From assembly GCF_964355755.1 (NCBI RefSeq), contig NC_092672.1:22147237-22211236 (forward strand): 64,000 nt of DNA. Direction: 5' to 3'. The DNA comes from Antedon mediterranea. Lineage: Eukaryota; Animalia; Echinodermata. Each line of letters begins with the position of its first letter. Positions within the stretch are counted from its first letter, which is position 1. A program made the position numbers and the translations under genes. The notes beneath the pieces were generated by a model. It did no database searches and was not told the DNA's origin. It was given only the letters and a program-made list of their open reading frames with translations. Shown one piece after another: positions 39,801 to 51,800 of this stretch.

Positions 39801-42800
39801 CTAACCGTATAGGGGTGTCAAAATTTGCTCCACCTCATGTACTTGGTGACTGGTTGCATCCCCTCTCCCCTTGTTTATGATGAGCAACAATGCCTGTTTT
39901 CTGTGTGGTGTAATTAAAAAGAAGTAAATATGATTGCAACTTCATTCTCCTTGTACCTCCTTGTACACACCTTGAAATTGAATTGCATAAATGAATAATT
40001 AAATATCAAAATGAATAATATTAAACATAATGTTAGTCCATCATGTACTTCATATTTATAAAACGCTACCAGGCACTAATAATAGAATTAGAAGCCAGGC
40101 ATATACAGTAGGCACATTGGTGGGCTGGTTTGTCCTGAATTCAACTTCTAATAAGTAGCCTAAGGTGCCCCAAATACAACATTTGGCAAAATTCTGCCAG
40201 GAAGACTTTTTTTCAGTAGTTAGGTAGTTTAACCTAATGTAATAACATGTCTGGTGACTCCCTACTTTATTTATTTATTATTTATTTCCTTTATTGCATC
40301 AAGTAAACAGTGATGAAGTTGACATAAATATAATAGTAAATATGTAAACATATACTGTAGTATAACACAGTCCAAACAAGTAATACTAAAATATCATAGT
40401 CCACAAATCAGTCTTTCAATGGCCATCATAGTACATCCAGTAACACAAACCAATAGGGGTTCACCATTTGCTTATCATAACTCAGTTACTGATCATTCAC
40501 CAATCATTGAAAACTCTGTGGAAAGTAATGAAGTTTTTTGTGCGTTGTGTCCGGACTTTGGGAAGGGTGAACGATCTAACGCGTCGGAGCTGATGGTTGT
40601 GTGTGGGAGGTTTATACATTTTTGTTTTTTTAGGGAAGCTCATTAATATTCATGAGATATTCACAAAATCACGTCATCAGTGGATTCTAAACTCGCGACG
40701 TCATGTACGTTGTGTTTGTTCACTAATTTACATCTCTCTCCCTTGTCAAACGACGACCATCCGATCATTGTGAAATACATTTTTTGTAGATTTTCTAAGC
40801 TAGGCCTACTGTGTAATAACAGTATCATACAGGTATATTTATTTGACATTTAATGAAATACAAAATTTAGTACAGATCATGGAGTCATAAATTATACTAT
40901 TTTTATACCTCTATAGTACAGATCGTATTCGGCTTCACGTACTAGCCTAAATCATTTTTTTTATGGGTGAGAGCCATTCTGACTAGGGATTCCATGCCAC
41001 AGTGGATGGCTACGTTAAAACATGGGGCCCATGGGCCTAGCTAGCCTACTAAACGATTGGCCCATAAATAACAAAACTCAGTGGATTCTAAACCCATCCT
41101 ATCAACCAAACTCAATAATAAACAATATAACCTAAAACGTTCTACAAAATCGGCTGTAAATATTGAGGCAAAACAAGGTCCGATTGCCGTCCGCACGTAT
41201 GGTGTCCCGATCGTTAGTAGTAGGCCTAAAATAGTTTACTCTCCTAAAAAGCGGATACTGCATCAAGCAAGTAGACCTAGTAGGAAGGAGACCTAGCCGA
41301 TCCGGCCCAGTTAAAAATTGAGCTAGCTAGTGTAGTAGACCCTATGCGAATTGATACTACCAGTCCTTTTACTAGGCTACACTTGTTAAAATTAGCAATA
41401 CTTATGTTTACAAATATTCCAACTCTCTCATTCGAGCTATATTATCTATACCATTCCGGTAGGTCGAATCGACCTTCAATCAAATACTGTACATCGTTCA
41501 TGTTGTGATTATAGACGGGGTATACTCGACCCGACCAGTTTGGTATTGTATACTGTATCTGCTTATCACGTGACGATGCCAGGAATGGGCAGAGAGCACG
41601 TTTATCGTCTCGCTCAGAAGGAATGTACAGACGTTACGCTTCATTGAATTTTAAGGGTTTTCCCCTATTGTCAGTGCGAAAATCGGCAAACGCAAACTGA
41701 ATCTCCAAATGATTTTACACAATTGTGATGAATTTTCATAGAAAATTGACATTATAAATGGGAAGACCGACTAAAATTACATCAGATAAGCATAATTTTA
41801 CAAAAGTAATTGATATGGTTAATGATAACGAGTCGTCGGAAGATCGACCATTTCACAAATGTTCCTATTCTGTAACAGTGTCATATCGCCGTAGCTTCAC
41901 TTCACAGCCTTCATTCTGCTTCACCGCTCACTTTATAATAAGTGAAACTTTTACCGTTCAAGAGACAAACAATTATATTTTATTTTTTACTATTCATTTT
42001 AAACCCGGAACCCCGCTTTAAAAGTAAATAATAGTCAACCAGAAATAAAACTTGGTTTACTAAAGCTTTGGTTGCCAACGCAATGTAGGCGCTACGCAAG
42101 TGAGTAGTTGACCAATAACAAGCAACAGTTCCGATAATCCATCACATTGTGATTGGTCAATTTGCTTGATTTAATTTACAAAAAAATTGGATAGACTACA
42201 GACAAATGGACAGACTAAATGTTGGGACAAACAAACTTATTACATGCAATTATTACTCAGTAATCACCTCTGTAGTCCCATGGGTTTTCTTTTAAATAGT
42301 TATTGATTACACTGCCTTAAAATATTCTTTAAATAATAATTGTGTAAATGAATTTGACCAGGACCTTTACCATGCCAATCCATATCAATACTTTGAGTTA
42401 CAATTGTAGAAATATATATATTGATATTCATTTGTAGCTATACACTTATAGGCTTCATTATCTTAAGATTATTAGAGTATGCGTAACAGCAGTTGATCAT
42501 ACGCACTGTTTATATTTTGTGTGGTGAAACGAGTACAGGGGTAGGCCTATAGCTACAGCAGTATGATCGTAATCACTGTTTATATTTTATGTGGTGTAGT
42601 AGGTACAGGGGTAGTCCTATGCTACAGCAGTATGATCATAATCACTATAGGGCTGGAAGTCATTCAAATATATAGGGTTGTAATTGTATTAAACTACTGT
42701 GGAGTAGGGAATAGGACAAAACATCTGACCAATTACTCAACTCCCTGACGCAAAGCTACTCCACAGTAGTTTAATACAATTACGCTGCGTACTTGGGCTC

Positions 42801-45800
42801 GAATCTAACCACTAGCCATCAGCGCAAGTGGTCAGAGGTATGAACGGCAGGCTAGTGATCTGGAGGTCGTGGGTTCGTCTCCCACCCAAGAACTTTTTTC
42901 GCAAGTATTCTCAAATGTACTTAGTATGAAGTACAAATGACGTCAGAGTAGGGCAAAACATCTGAACAATCATTCAAATATACCAAATTCTATATTGTGT
43001 GGTGTCTGGTACAGGGGTATGGCTACATCAGTATGGTCATACTCGCTTAGTGCTTAGTATGTGACCTGATTTTAGTGAAGGTGACAAAGTCACATTCCTC
43101 AAATATGTATCATGTTCAAAGAGACTTTAATACCATATAACCATAACATCTTTATTATTTTGTCTGTTTTTGTTATTGCATGCATCCATACATATGGGGA
43201 ATAGAAAGTGACCGCAATTAGGATTGTACTGTGAAGTTTTAAACTATAATTGTAACAGGTATTCTGTACTTTATAGTATAAGATATGTTTTTATTCAACT
43301 GTGATATTTTATGTAAAGGTTGTAATTTTGTTTTTTGTTTTATTATTAACAAAAATGTGCATTTATCTAACATATTTATTTTATTTTAAAATGTTAAATA
43401 GAATGGCGAAACAGCATTGCATTGGGGTGCAGCAAATGGTCATGTTGATGTCTGCCAAATGTTGGTAGACATGGCAGCAGCAGTGGACCAACAAAATAAT
43501 TTAAGTCATAAATTAATGTTTGTATTGAGAACCATTCAGGATCAGAATCCTAAATTTTATTCTTCATTTTAGTTTAAAATGCTTGTTCCTCAAACAGGAG
43601 CACAAAATGTAGCCTAAGAATGGAATTATTTTATTATGGTATAGAGGCTACTTGTTAATACCTTCATATTTTTTACTTATTTGAAATTTTTATTAAATTG
43701 TCTAATTATTCAACATCTTGAATTTAACATATTTATACCATCAAGATAGTGCAGACAAGTCAACATTAACAACAAAAAAATAAACAAGTTTAAAATGCTA
43801 TTTTTTCTTTAATTATTTCTCTATTAAATAAATGTCATGAAAACTATAGCGCTTATTGCTTAGCTTAGAAGTTGCTTGTTGGTATGACAACTACAACTAA
43901 TGCAGATCCTGCATTGTATCTGTCTCAGAATATTCTTGTTTAATCAATCTTTTTTAAACTTTTTTAATCATTACATTAGTAATGCTCATTTTAATACACG
44001 ATTATAATATTATTGAATGCATTTTCATGCATTTCTCATTTGTTTCATGCTGCACAATTTTGATGTGTCAGGCACGTGTCTGATGGTAATGGTATCTTGG
44101 ACCTTGTGTGAATGGATAAAAGGCAAACAACTTTGGGGAATACATTTTTGTTATACTGATGTTGTCACAAAAGTTTGTAGTTTTTCTGATTTCAGGATAT
44201 GTTATTTGTAAAGTAATGGCATAAAATTTAAACTGAATTCAAATTGAATCAAATATTAAACTTCTTCTTCTACTAAAATGTAGAGTAGACATTACTCTAT
44301 ACATTGATATAAACAGTGGGAAAGCCACTTCGCGTTTTGACCGTTAAATCGTGTAAAATCGACTTACTTCCGCATTGACGATTTTGAAGCGCCACCTATC
44401 GTTGAAAACTGAAACCACGATTTTTCGTCGCCTAGCAAATAAGTGTTGTTTTATTTTAAGCTCTCATAAATATTTAAGAACCGCCCAACATTACCTATTA
44501 TGGTAAAAGCATTTCCTAATAAGTATAATTGGATAACCAATCGGTTTCCTTCAAAGATACCGAAGCTAATACAATACATTCGGCGACTGAAGTCGGGACT
44601 CGTGAAATTACTGTTTTGTTGTCCATTTTCTGAATAGTCGGAGGTGCATCCCAACAAATTACAAACATTATAATCAATTGTTTTATCAAGAATAATATTA
44701 GTTTAATCGAGTATGATATATTTCTATCCTGTTCAAAATTTGTTGGTGTATTCTCAGGCCTCGAAAGGTAGGTACATTTTCTAGCTGTGAGCATGGTTTC
44801 GGCAACGCGAGACACGTGTGTCAGTATAGGCGATAGGATCAGATTATCAGACGACTATCGGATCAGCATCAACACAGTACAATTGTACTGTGTTGATGCT
44901 GATCCGATAGTCGTTAAGTTGTACTGATTACGAGTATCATTGGTGCCTGGCCGGCCTAGCCTGGTGATCTGATCCCCCCCCCCCCCCCCAAAATACTTTT
45001 GTTCAATCAGTATTAATATTATTTTATTTTTCATTTATTATTTGATTTATTAGGCTCAATAGATGCCTAGCTAGGCTACTACTAGTAGGCCTAGATTATA
45101 TAAATAATAATATAGTAAATACTGTAATTTAAATAATAAAATACAGCCCCATTTTACTTTTTAGGCCATCATATAATATTATAATTATATATACAACCAG
45201 ACATTAGAATTTTTTTTAAATAATATTTATTATTTTTTCTGACACTTTCAGGAATTGTTGATGATGCAGAGTTCTTCGTCTTTGTGACTTCAAATTGAGA
45301 GTGAAGTGGATAAAAAGATGACACCGGTACCACCTACCGACATTGTCATACCCAAACTATAATTTAATAATTTAAAACAAAATGTTGAATTACAAATAAT
45401 ATATGTAGGCCTATGTTGCAGAGGATTTAGAAGAATTACAATACAAATGTTTTATGTTGAATGCAAACCTACTACACTATACTCTGTAAATTATGTTATT
45501 GTCATGTGGTAGATCTTAAAAATTGAATATTTATTGTATGTTAGGCCTCATTTTTGTATAATTTATTATTTTGTATGTTTCTATTTTGTATATTTTTATT
45601 GGTCTAGGTACATGCATGTAAAAGTTACCCACAATCTGGCCTTTGGCCACTAGTGGTAACTTGTGGCATGGTGGTGTCTAATGTTTTTGATGTTTTATAT
45701 GAAATAAAAGAATAATATAATATATATTATATTTTATTAATACTATTACTATTAATTTATATTATACAGTACTAGTTTGTACATGTTTTTACCAAAAAAA

Positions 45801-48800
45801 AATGAATAAATAATTTGTTATTCAATCTAATTGCTTGTTTGTTCATCGATAACAAAACAATTGTAAGCAAGTACAGTATATAACAGTTCTTGTTAGCCGC
45901 TTATTTCAGGTCATATTATTAATATTAGCTAGGCCCGACGCGCCCGATCACTAAGTGACTTTCCGCCCCTGGAACAATCGCTCGCTAAATAGGGCTAGGC
46001 CTCGGACTCGTATAAAAGCTATTATAATACTTATGTTAAATATTCCTCAACTAAAATGTTTATTGTGATAAATAAACAAATAATAATATACGTTGTATTG
46101 GAATGTATTTATTTATATGAATTCTTATACGCGGACAATTATAAACATCGCGTATATCGTTCGCAATAAATAAATTCATAAACACGATGACGATGTGTTT
46201 ACAAAATGGCGGTTTCGCTAGTTTTCGATGGAACAAATAGAGGTACCTTTAGTTTGAATAGTCGGAGCTGCATCCCAAGCACCAAATTTTGTATCTTAAT
46301 ATCGTATTCTGTAGATTATTAATTTTTCTAACAGGGATTTTAAATTCAGGACTGTTCAATTTTTCTAAATCTTTTATTTTAACGATTTTCTAGGGTACAA
46401 TTTCGGAAAAGAGACATTGGTTGATTTTGCCGTTAAATTACAGATTATCGTTTTGTTCAAATACATTTAATTTTACATGACAATATATTAAAACCATTTA
46501 TGAATTTATTTCACTAACAATATTTTTCCGATAATCAGCTAAATTTACAAATATTGTGTTTTTCAAACACCCTAAAATTGAGCAATTTTGAACTAAATTA
46601 GAAAAGTGGGGCGCCCTCTCCGAGTTGAAATTTGACACGATTTGTCGACTGGCTTTCCCACTGTAAAGAATTAAATGTTTGAACAAGAAAAACTGTACTT
46701 ATAGCTATTTTTTATCATACCCTACCTAAAATTGTTTAATAATCTAGAACTCAGTGTTTTGTTAACTTGTGTTCATACATATTCATAGCTATAAACATGT
46801 GCATAACGATGCTTAAATTAAACAGAGTATAGGCCTACCTATCATACAGTATATTATATATATGAGAATTTTATATAAATCATACTGTAAATTATAGAAA
46901 CAGTGCTCATATTCGGAACATGATCTCATAATAGCTCATTGGCGAAAGTTCCATACTTTTTAGTTGTATGAAATAATGTCTCTAGCGGGATTCAAACATG
47001 CAACCTCTCGCTTACAGGGCGAGTATCATACCACTAGACCACAGAGCCATATATGGTATTTTCACAGATTTTCTCTCATACAACAAATGATATGGACATT
47101 TTTTTTTACATTTTTTTGTTGATTATGCCATTTTAATATCATATAATAGTTATCCACTTTGACCAAAACTTGGATTGGAAAAAAAATTATTTACCTGAAA
47201 AAACTGTAATTTAAGGCAAACAAGTCAAATTGCCTGCCATACCAATGAATTTTTGGTTTGGTGTCATTGTAGTGAAAACATGATTTTTTCTTCGTTTTTT
47301 TCTACGCAATTGATTAACTTGATTATTCTTCATTTTTTCACGTGGGGGACAATACATCTTTAAAAAAACATAACCTAATGTCCTTGTTCTACATGGAACC
47401 CCCGCAGTTTAAACGCGGACAAAACCACAGAAGAATAGCTTCTCTTTCTTGAGCTATACTTGCTCACTTTATTTCTATCCATCCGTTCATCCGGTAAACT
47501 AAAATAAAAACAAACAGAGAAACAATTGACACGGCGCCGTGAAGCACGTCTCTAACGTATACTACGGCTTATCATACATAATTCGTCGTTAACATGGGCA
47601 TACTATCATCATTATGTCTATCAAACCTAACTAATTCATAAGTAAATAATAATATATAAGATTGTCTCCACACGGAGCATTAAAGGTGTACAACAACGTT
47701 AATACAACGTATCGCCTATTGTGCACAGCTCTCATACCATGAACAGTGACTACAACAAACCGTGACTAGCCTAATTTACATATCAAGGTATCAAGGTGCG
47801 ATGTACATACATAACATGGCTCCCTGCAAAGATAAATTATGAAACTGACAGTATCATCACTTTTCCTTTGCATACACAACAATAGTGGCTCCTTGACGGG
47901 GAATTGATTACAATAATACTAACTACTGACATTCAATGTTTGTTTGTTTGTTTTATCTTTATACTGGGTGACCTCTTCAGTCAAAGACTGATCTCCCAGA
48001 GGGCCCAGTTGGTGATCAGTGGCTGTGATGTACTAATACACCGGGGTAACCCCCTACTCGTCTCGAAAGATGTACTAGGTTCTTTAAAGTGCACACGAGC
48101 AAGTTGTGTACACTGGACCTACGGTTTATAGTCCTTATCCGAGAAGACTCGTTCTACCACCAGAACCATGGAGTGAGTGAGCCTCGAACCCCTGCCGATG
48201 TTATGGCTACGTGATTACGGTTCCACTGTCTTAACCGCTCGGCCACTCACCCAATGATTGAAGGTTCTCCTTCATCTAATGTTCAAGCAGTATTGTTATA
48301 ATTTTTTTTAATAATTGCCTTGATTTAATGCACAACTATTAACTTAGATTGTATACTGGCTTTTTCTTTTATCCAAATGTACATACGAAAATAATATGGA
48401 GTTGTTGATAGCCGAGTAGTTAGGACACTTGACTGTCATACAGATAGACCCGGGTTCAATTCCCGAAAACTCCCAGTCCACTCAGCTGTAAATGAGTACC
48501 TGGTTGAAAATACTAGGGAGAAAAAAGGCGGCGTGGAAAGGAACTGGCCACCTTACCACATAATGCCGAGGCTTAGTACAATGAGCTCCTAACAGCTCAT
48601 TCCCCTACGTTCAGAGAACACGGGACTCACCTCACCTTACATATGAAAAACATAATCACTCCTTTTGAGGACTTGTGATGAGTTGAAAAACAAATAACAA
48701 TATTATCAAGTTAAAGTTCAATACAATTTTTAGTCGCGTGGACGCGACTCTATAGTTCACTATGTCGGTTGGTCGGTCTGTCTGTCGGTCCGTCGGTCTG

Positions 48801-51800
48801 ATATCACTATGCGTTTTAGCACGCGACTTATGGCTGTTGGCCTTGTTTTCGTAATAGTCAAATGAATACAAAACAGAAAATATATGTAAGTTACACAATT
48901 TGTTTAAAAAGTAGCATGAAAACATATAAAATAAAATACATGATTAAAGGTATTATGACCATTACAGGAACCAGAACTTAAAATAAATAAATAAAATCAA
49001 CAGAAATATAGAAAATAGCATATTATTTTCATCAGAAAAATTATTATATAAAAGTTTTTCTAATTAGAAACAATGGTTAAATGAAGACTATTCCACTTAT
49101 ATTTGAGGTAAAACATAATTTTTTGTTTAAAATAATTGCTAAACTCTGCAATCCTCCAAAAAACATAGCAAACCTCATTTAAACAACAAAAAAGTGATTG
49201 AAAGTTGTGTACAACTCACTTGGTTTATCAATTAACATGTAAATATATTTTTGTTAAATACTTAAATTTGTGGTTAAGCATCATTTTTGGGTTTAAAAAA
49301 TAATTTCTAAACCTTCACTCTTGAATTAGAGGGGGCGTAATCACCAGCCCAAACAATGTTACAGTACTGTATAAGTAAAACATTTTATTTTAATTTCTTT
49401 AGAATACTAATAAATTTAGATATTTTATTTGATAAAAATTGTTGGCAGCCAATAATCCAATTAAAAGACCAAGGAATGCTTCACTTATTAATTTTCCATT
49501 ACAAAAATATAACAATTGTTGTGTGTAAGTTTATATAAATACAATTTGTTTTAGCCGTATTAATTAATAATTGGTTTGTATTGAACCATTCACTAGCTTA
49601 CTTAACTCTAAATTTAAAAAGTTTAACAATACATCAATATTGATATAAAGTTGTATATAGCGAAACAACTTGAAAATATCATGGATAACAACATCAAAAG
49701 TTTTTTGATAAATCTAGAAAAGTACTTAATAAAATTAATTGTTTTTAAATGCAGTATTAACAGAATTCGAGAGTTCAAGAAAAGCATGACAAGTGGTATG
49801 GTATGCATACATATTTCAATATTTTTTTTTAAATGGTTAAAATTAAGATTGGTAAATATTAAAATATAAAGTACTGTATATCCGTTTTGAAATACAAGAT
49901 TAACTTAAAATTGTAATATGATTAGGTAAATAACCCATCATGAATAATTAATTAATGGTGTATGTGAGATGGCTTATAATTAATGAGCAACCTTTTTAAG
50001 AATCATGCTCTAAACCTTTACTAGAATTCAAATTACTAATTATATTAAGCACTTCTGTTTGAGATATAAATGAGAGGCTTTATGGGAGGTGGTAATTAAG
50101 AGATTAGGTCTTTGGTATTTTTATGTTAGAATTACAGAATTTTACACATTTTTGAAAAATAATTTAATTACATTCTGGCTAATTATGTTTGTATCATAAA
50201 AATATTCATCATTAATTTGTTAAACATGAGGTGTATTTTTACTTTCTTTACCGGGATTAATTACAGAATGTATTACTTCTCATTTGTTATGTTACATTTA
50301 ATCTGATTGAATTTAGTTTTGTAGCATTTTTTTCTTTGAAATTTTACAGAGTGCAGTAATATTGTTGCTATACTTTTTATATCTTGAGATATTTGAACAT
50401 TTATGAATTTGTTAAAGTTTATGCTTATATTTACTAACTTTGTTTAGATGGTGTAGGTAGAGTGGTGTCATCCATAGTTGTTTTAGTGTTTGGGTTTTTT
50501 TTCTTGAACTGCAAAAAGTATATAAAAAAATGTATCCAACATTAGAATTAACTGTATAGTTTAGACGAATCAGTTTGAGAAAGATCAAAGCAAAATGCCC
50601 CTATATCTCTATATGTGCGAAAAGGGTAAAAACCCCTTAATGCAGGCTACCGTTAGACCACCTCTGGGCCTAGTAAAATTGCAGTAATATTTAACCGTCA
50701 CGGTCGTACTGTAAGCCTGATTTGTGTGAAGAGTCCACGATATAAGGCCTGCTTACGCAGCGAAGCATTGATAAATTCGGGACATTTTACTTGATTGAGA
50801 AAGACTGTGGCAATTATTTTAGGCCAAATTATTAGATTATATCAATATGTATTTTTTAGGTTAAATAATACAATGGAAGAATACGGGCAATAATAATAAA
50901 AATATAACAGATGTTGGTCCAAAGATTATTTAACTTGCTGTAACGTACGTAAGCCTAGGCCCTAGTTAGCATAGTTCTAGCGGGAATATCTTGTGGTGTG
51001 CGCGCCTGGTGCTAGCTCATAACAGCTTCTGATAATTAAATTTGCGTCTATTTGTAGGCCTAATAGATTTTGTTTCTGTATAATGGCCATCACGATCGGG
51101 CAGTTTTAGCACGGAGTGGTGTTGGGCAAAAATATAGGTTTTATGCATCATAATAGAAACCAATAAAACTAAACGACGGACACACCAAACATCATCAGTA
51201 AACATGTGCGCGCATGGCATGTTTCGTCGGCAGTGCCCTCCATTTTTTTTTCTAAAAAAGTGCGACCTCTATTTTATGAAGACAGTAATCTTTAAATATT
51301 GCGCCTTTTCACTGTGGCCTTTCACACAGAAAATGGTAATGGCAATAATACCGGCTTGCTTACTGGGATATTGCCGCAATTCTATGTGAAAAGGGCTTAA
51401 TTCAGTCTGAATGGTCAGGAACGTCAACCATAATCAATTATTTTTTTTTTTATTTTTTCTGAATTGTAATACCCGATAAAATATCAAAATTAGTAGGCCT
51501 ATTGTTTGTTTAAAAATAATCAATAAGTTCTGCATTAGTTTTTGTAATTCTCGTTGGTTTACAAATCGTAGGGAAAAAAGTACAATAGTTGATAAGATGA
51601 TATAAAACAATTATTAAATAGATTATGCTTATTAAATTTGATTAAAACAATTAATTTATAATAACCGCAAAATGTTTTATGTTATTTAGATTTCAGTTGA
51701 CTTGTAAATAAAGCCAATTATAGAATTCTTTTTTGTTTAATGACTTATAAAAAGCGAACCTCATATAGTTCTTTTGTCAATAATAAATCTGGTTATATTT

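Noticed and set aside
46978-47048. Functional tRNA genes here and at 42822-42892
   Set aside because: Acceptor and T stems are mispaired and the B boxes are mutated; they are better treated as tRNA-derived repeats.
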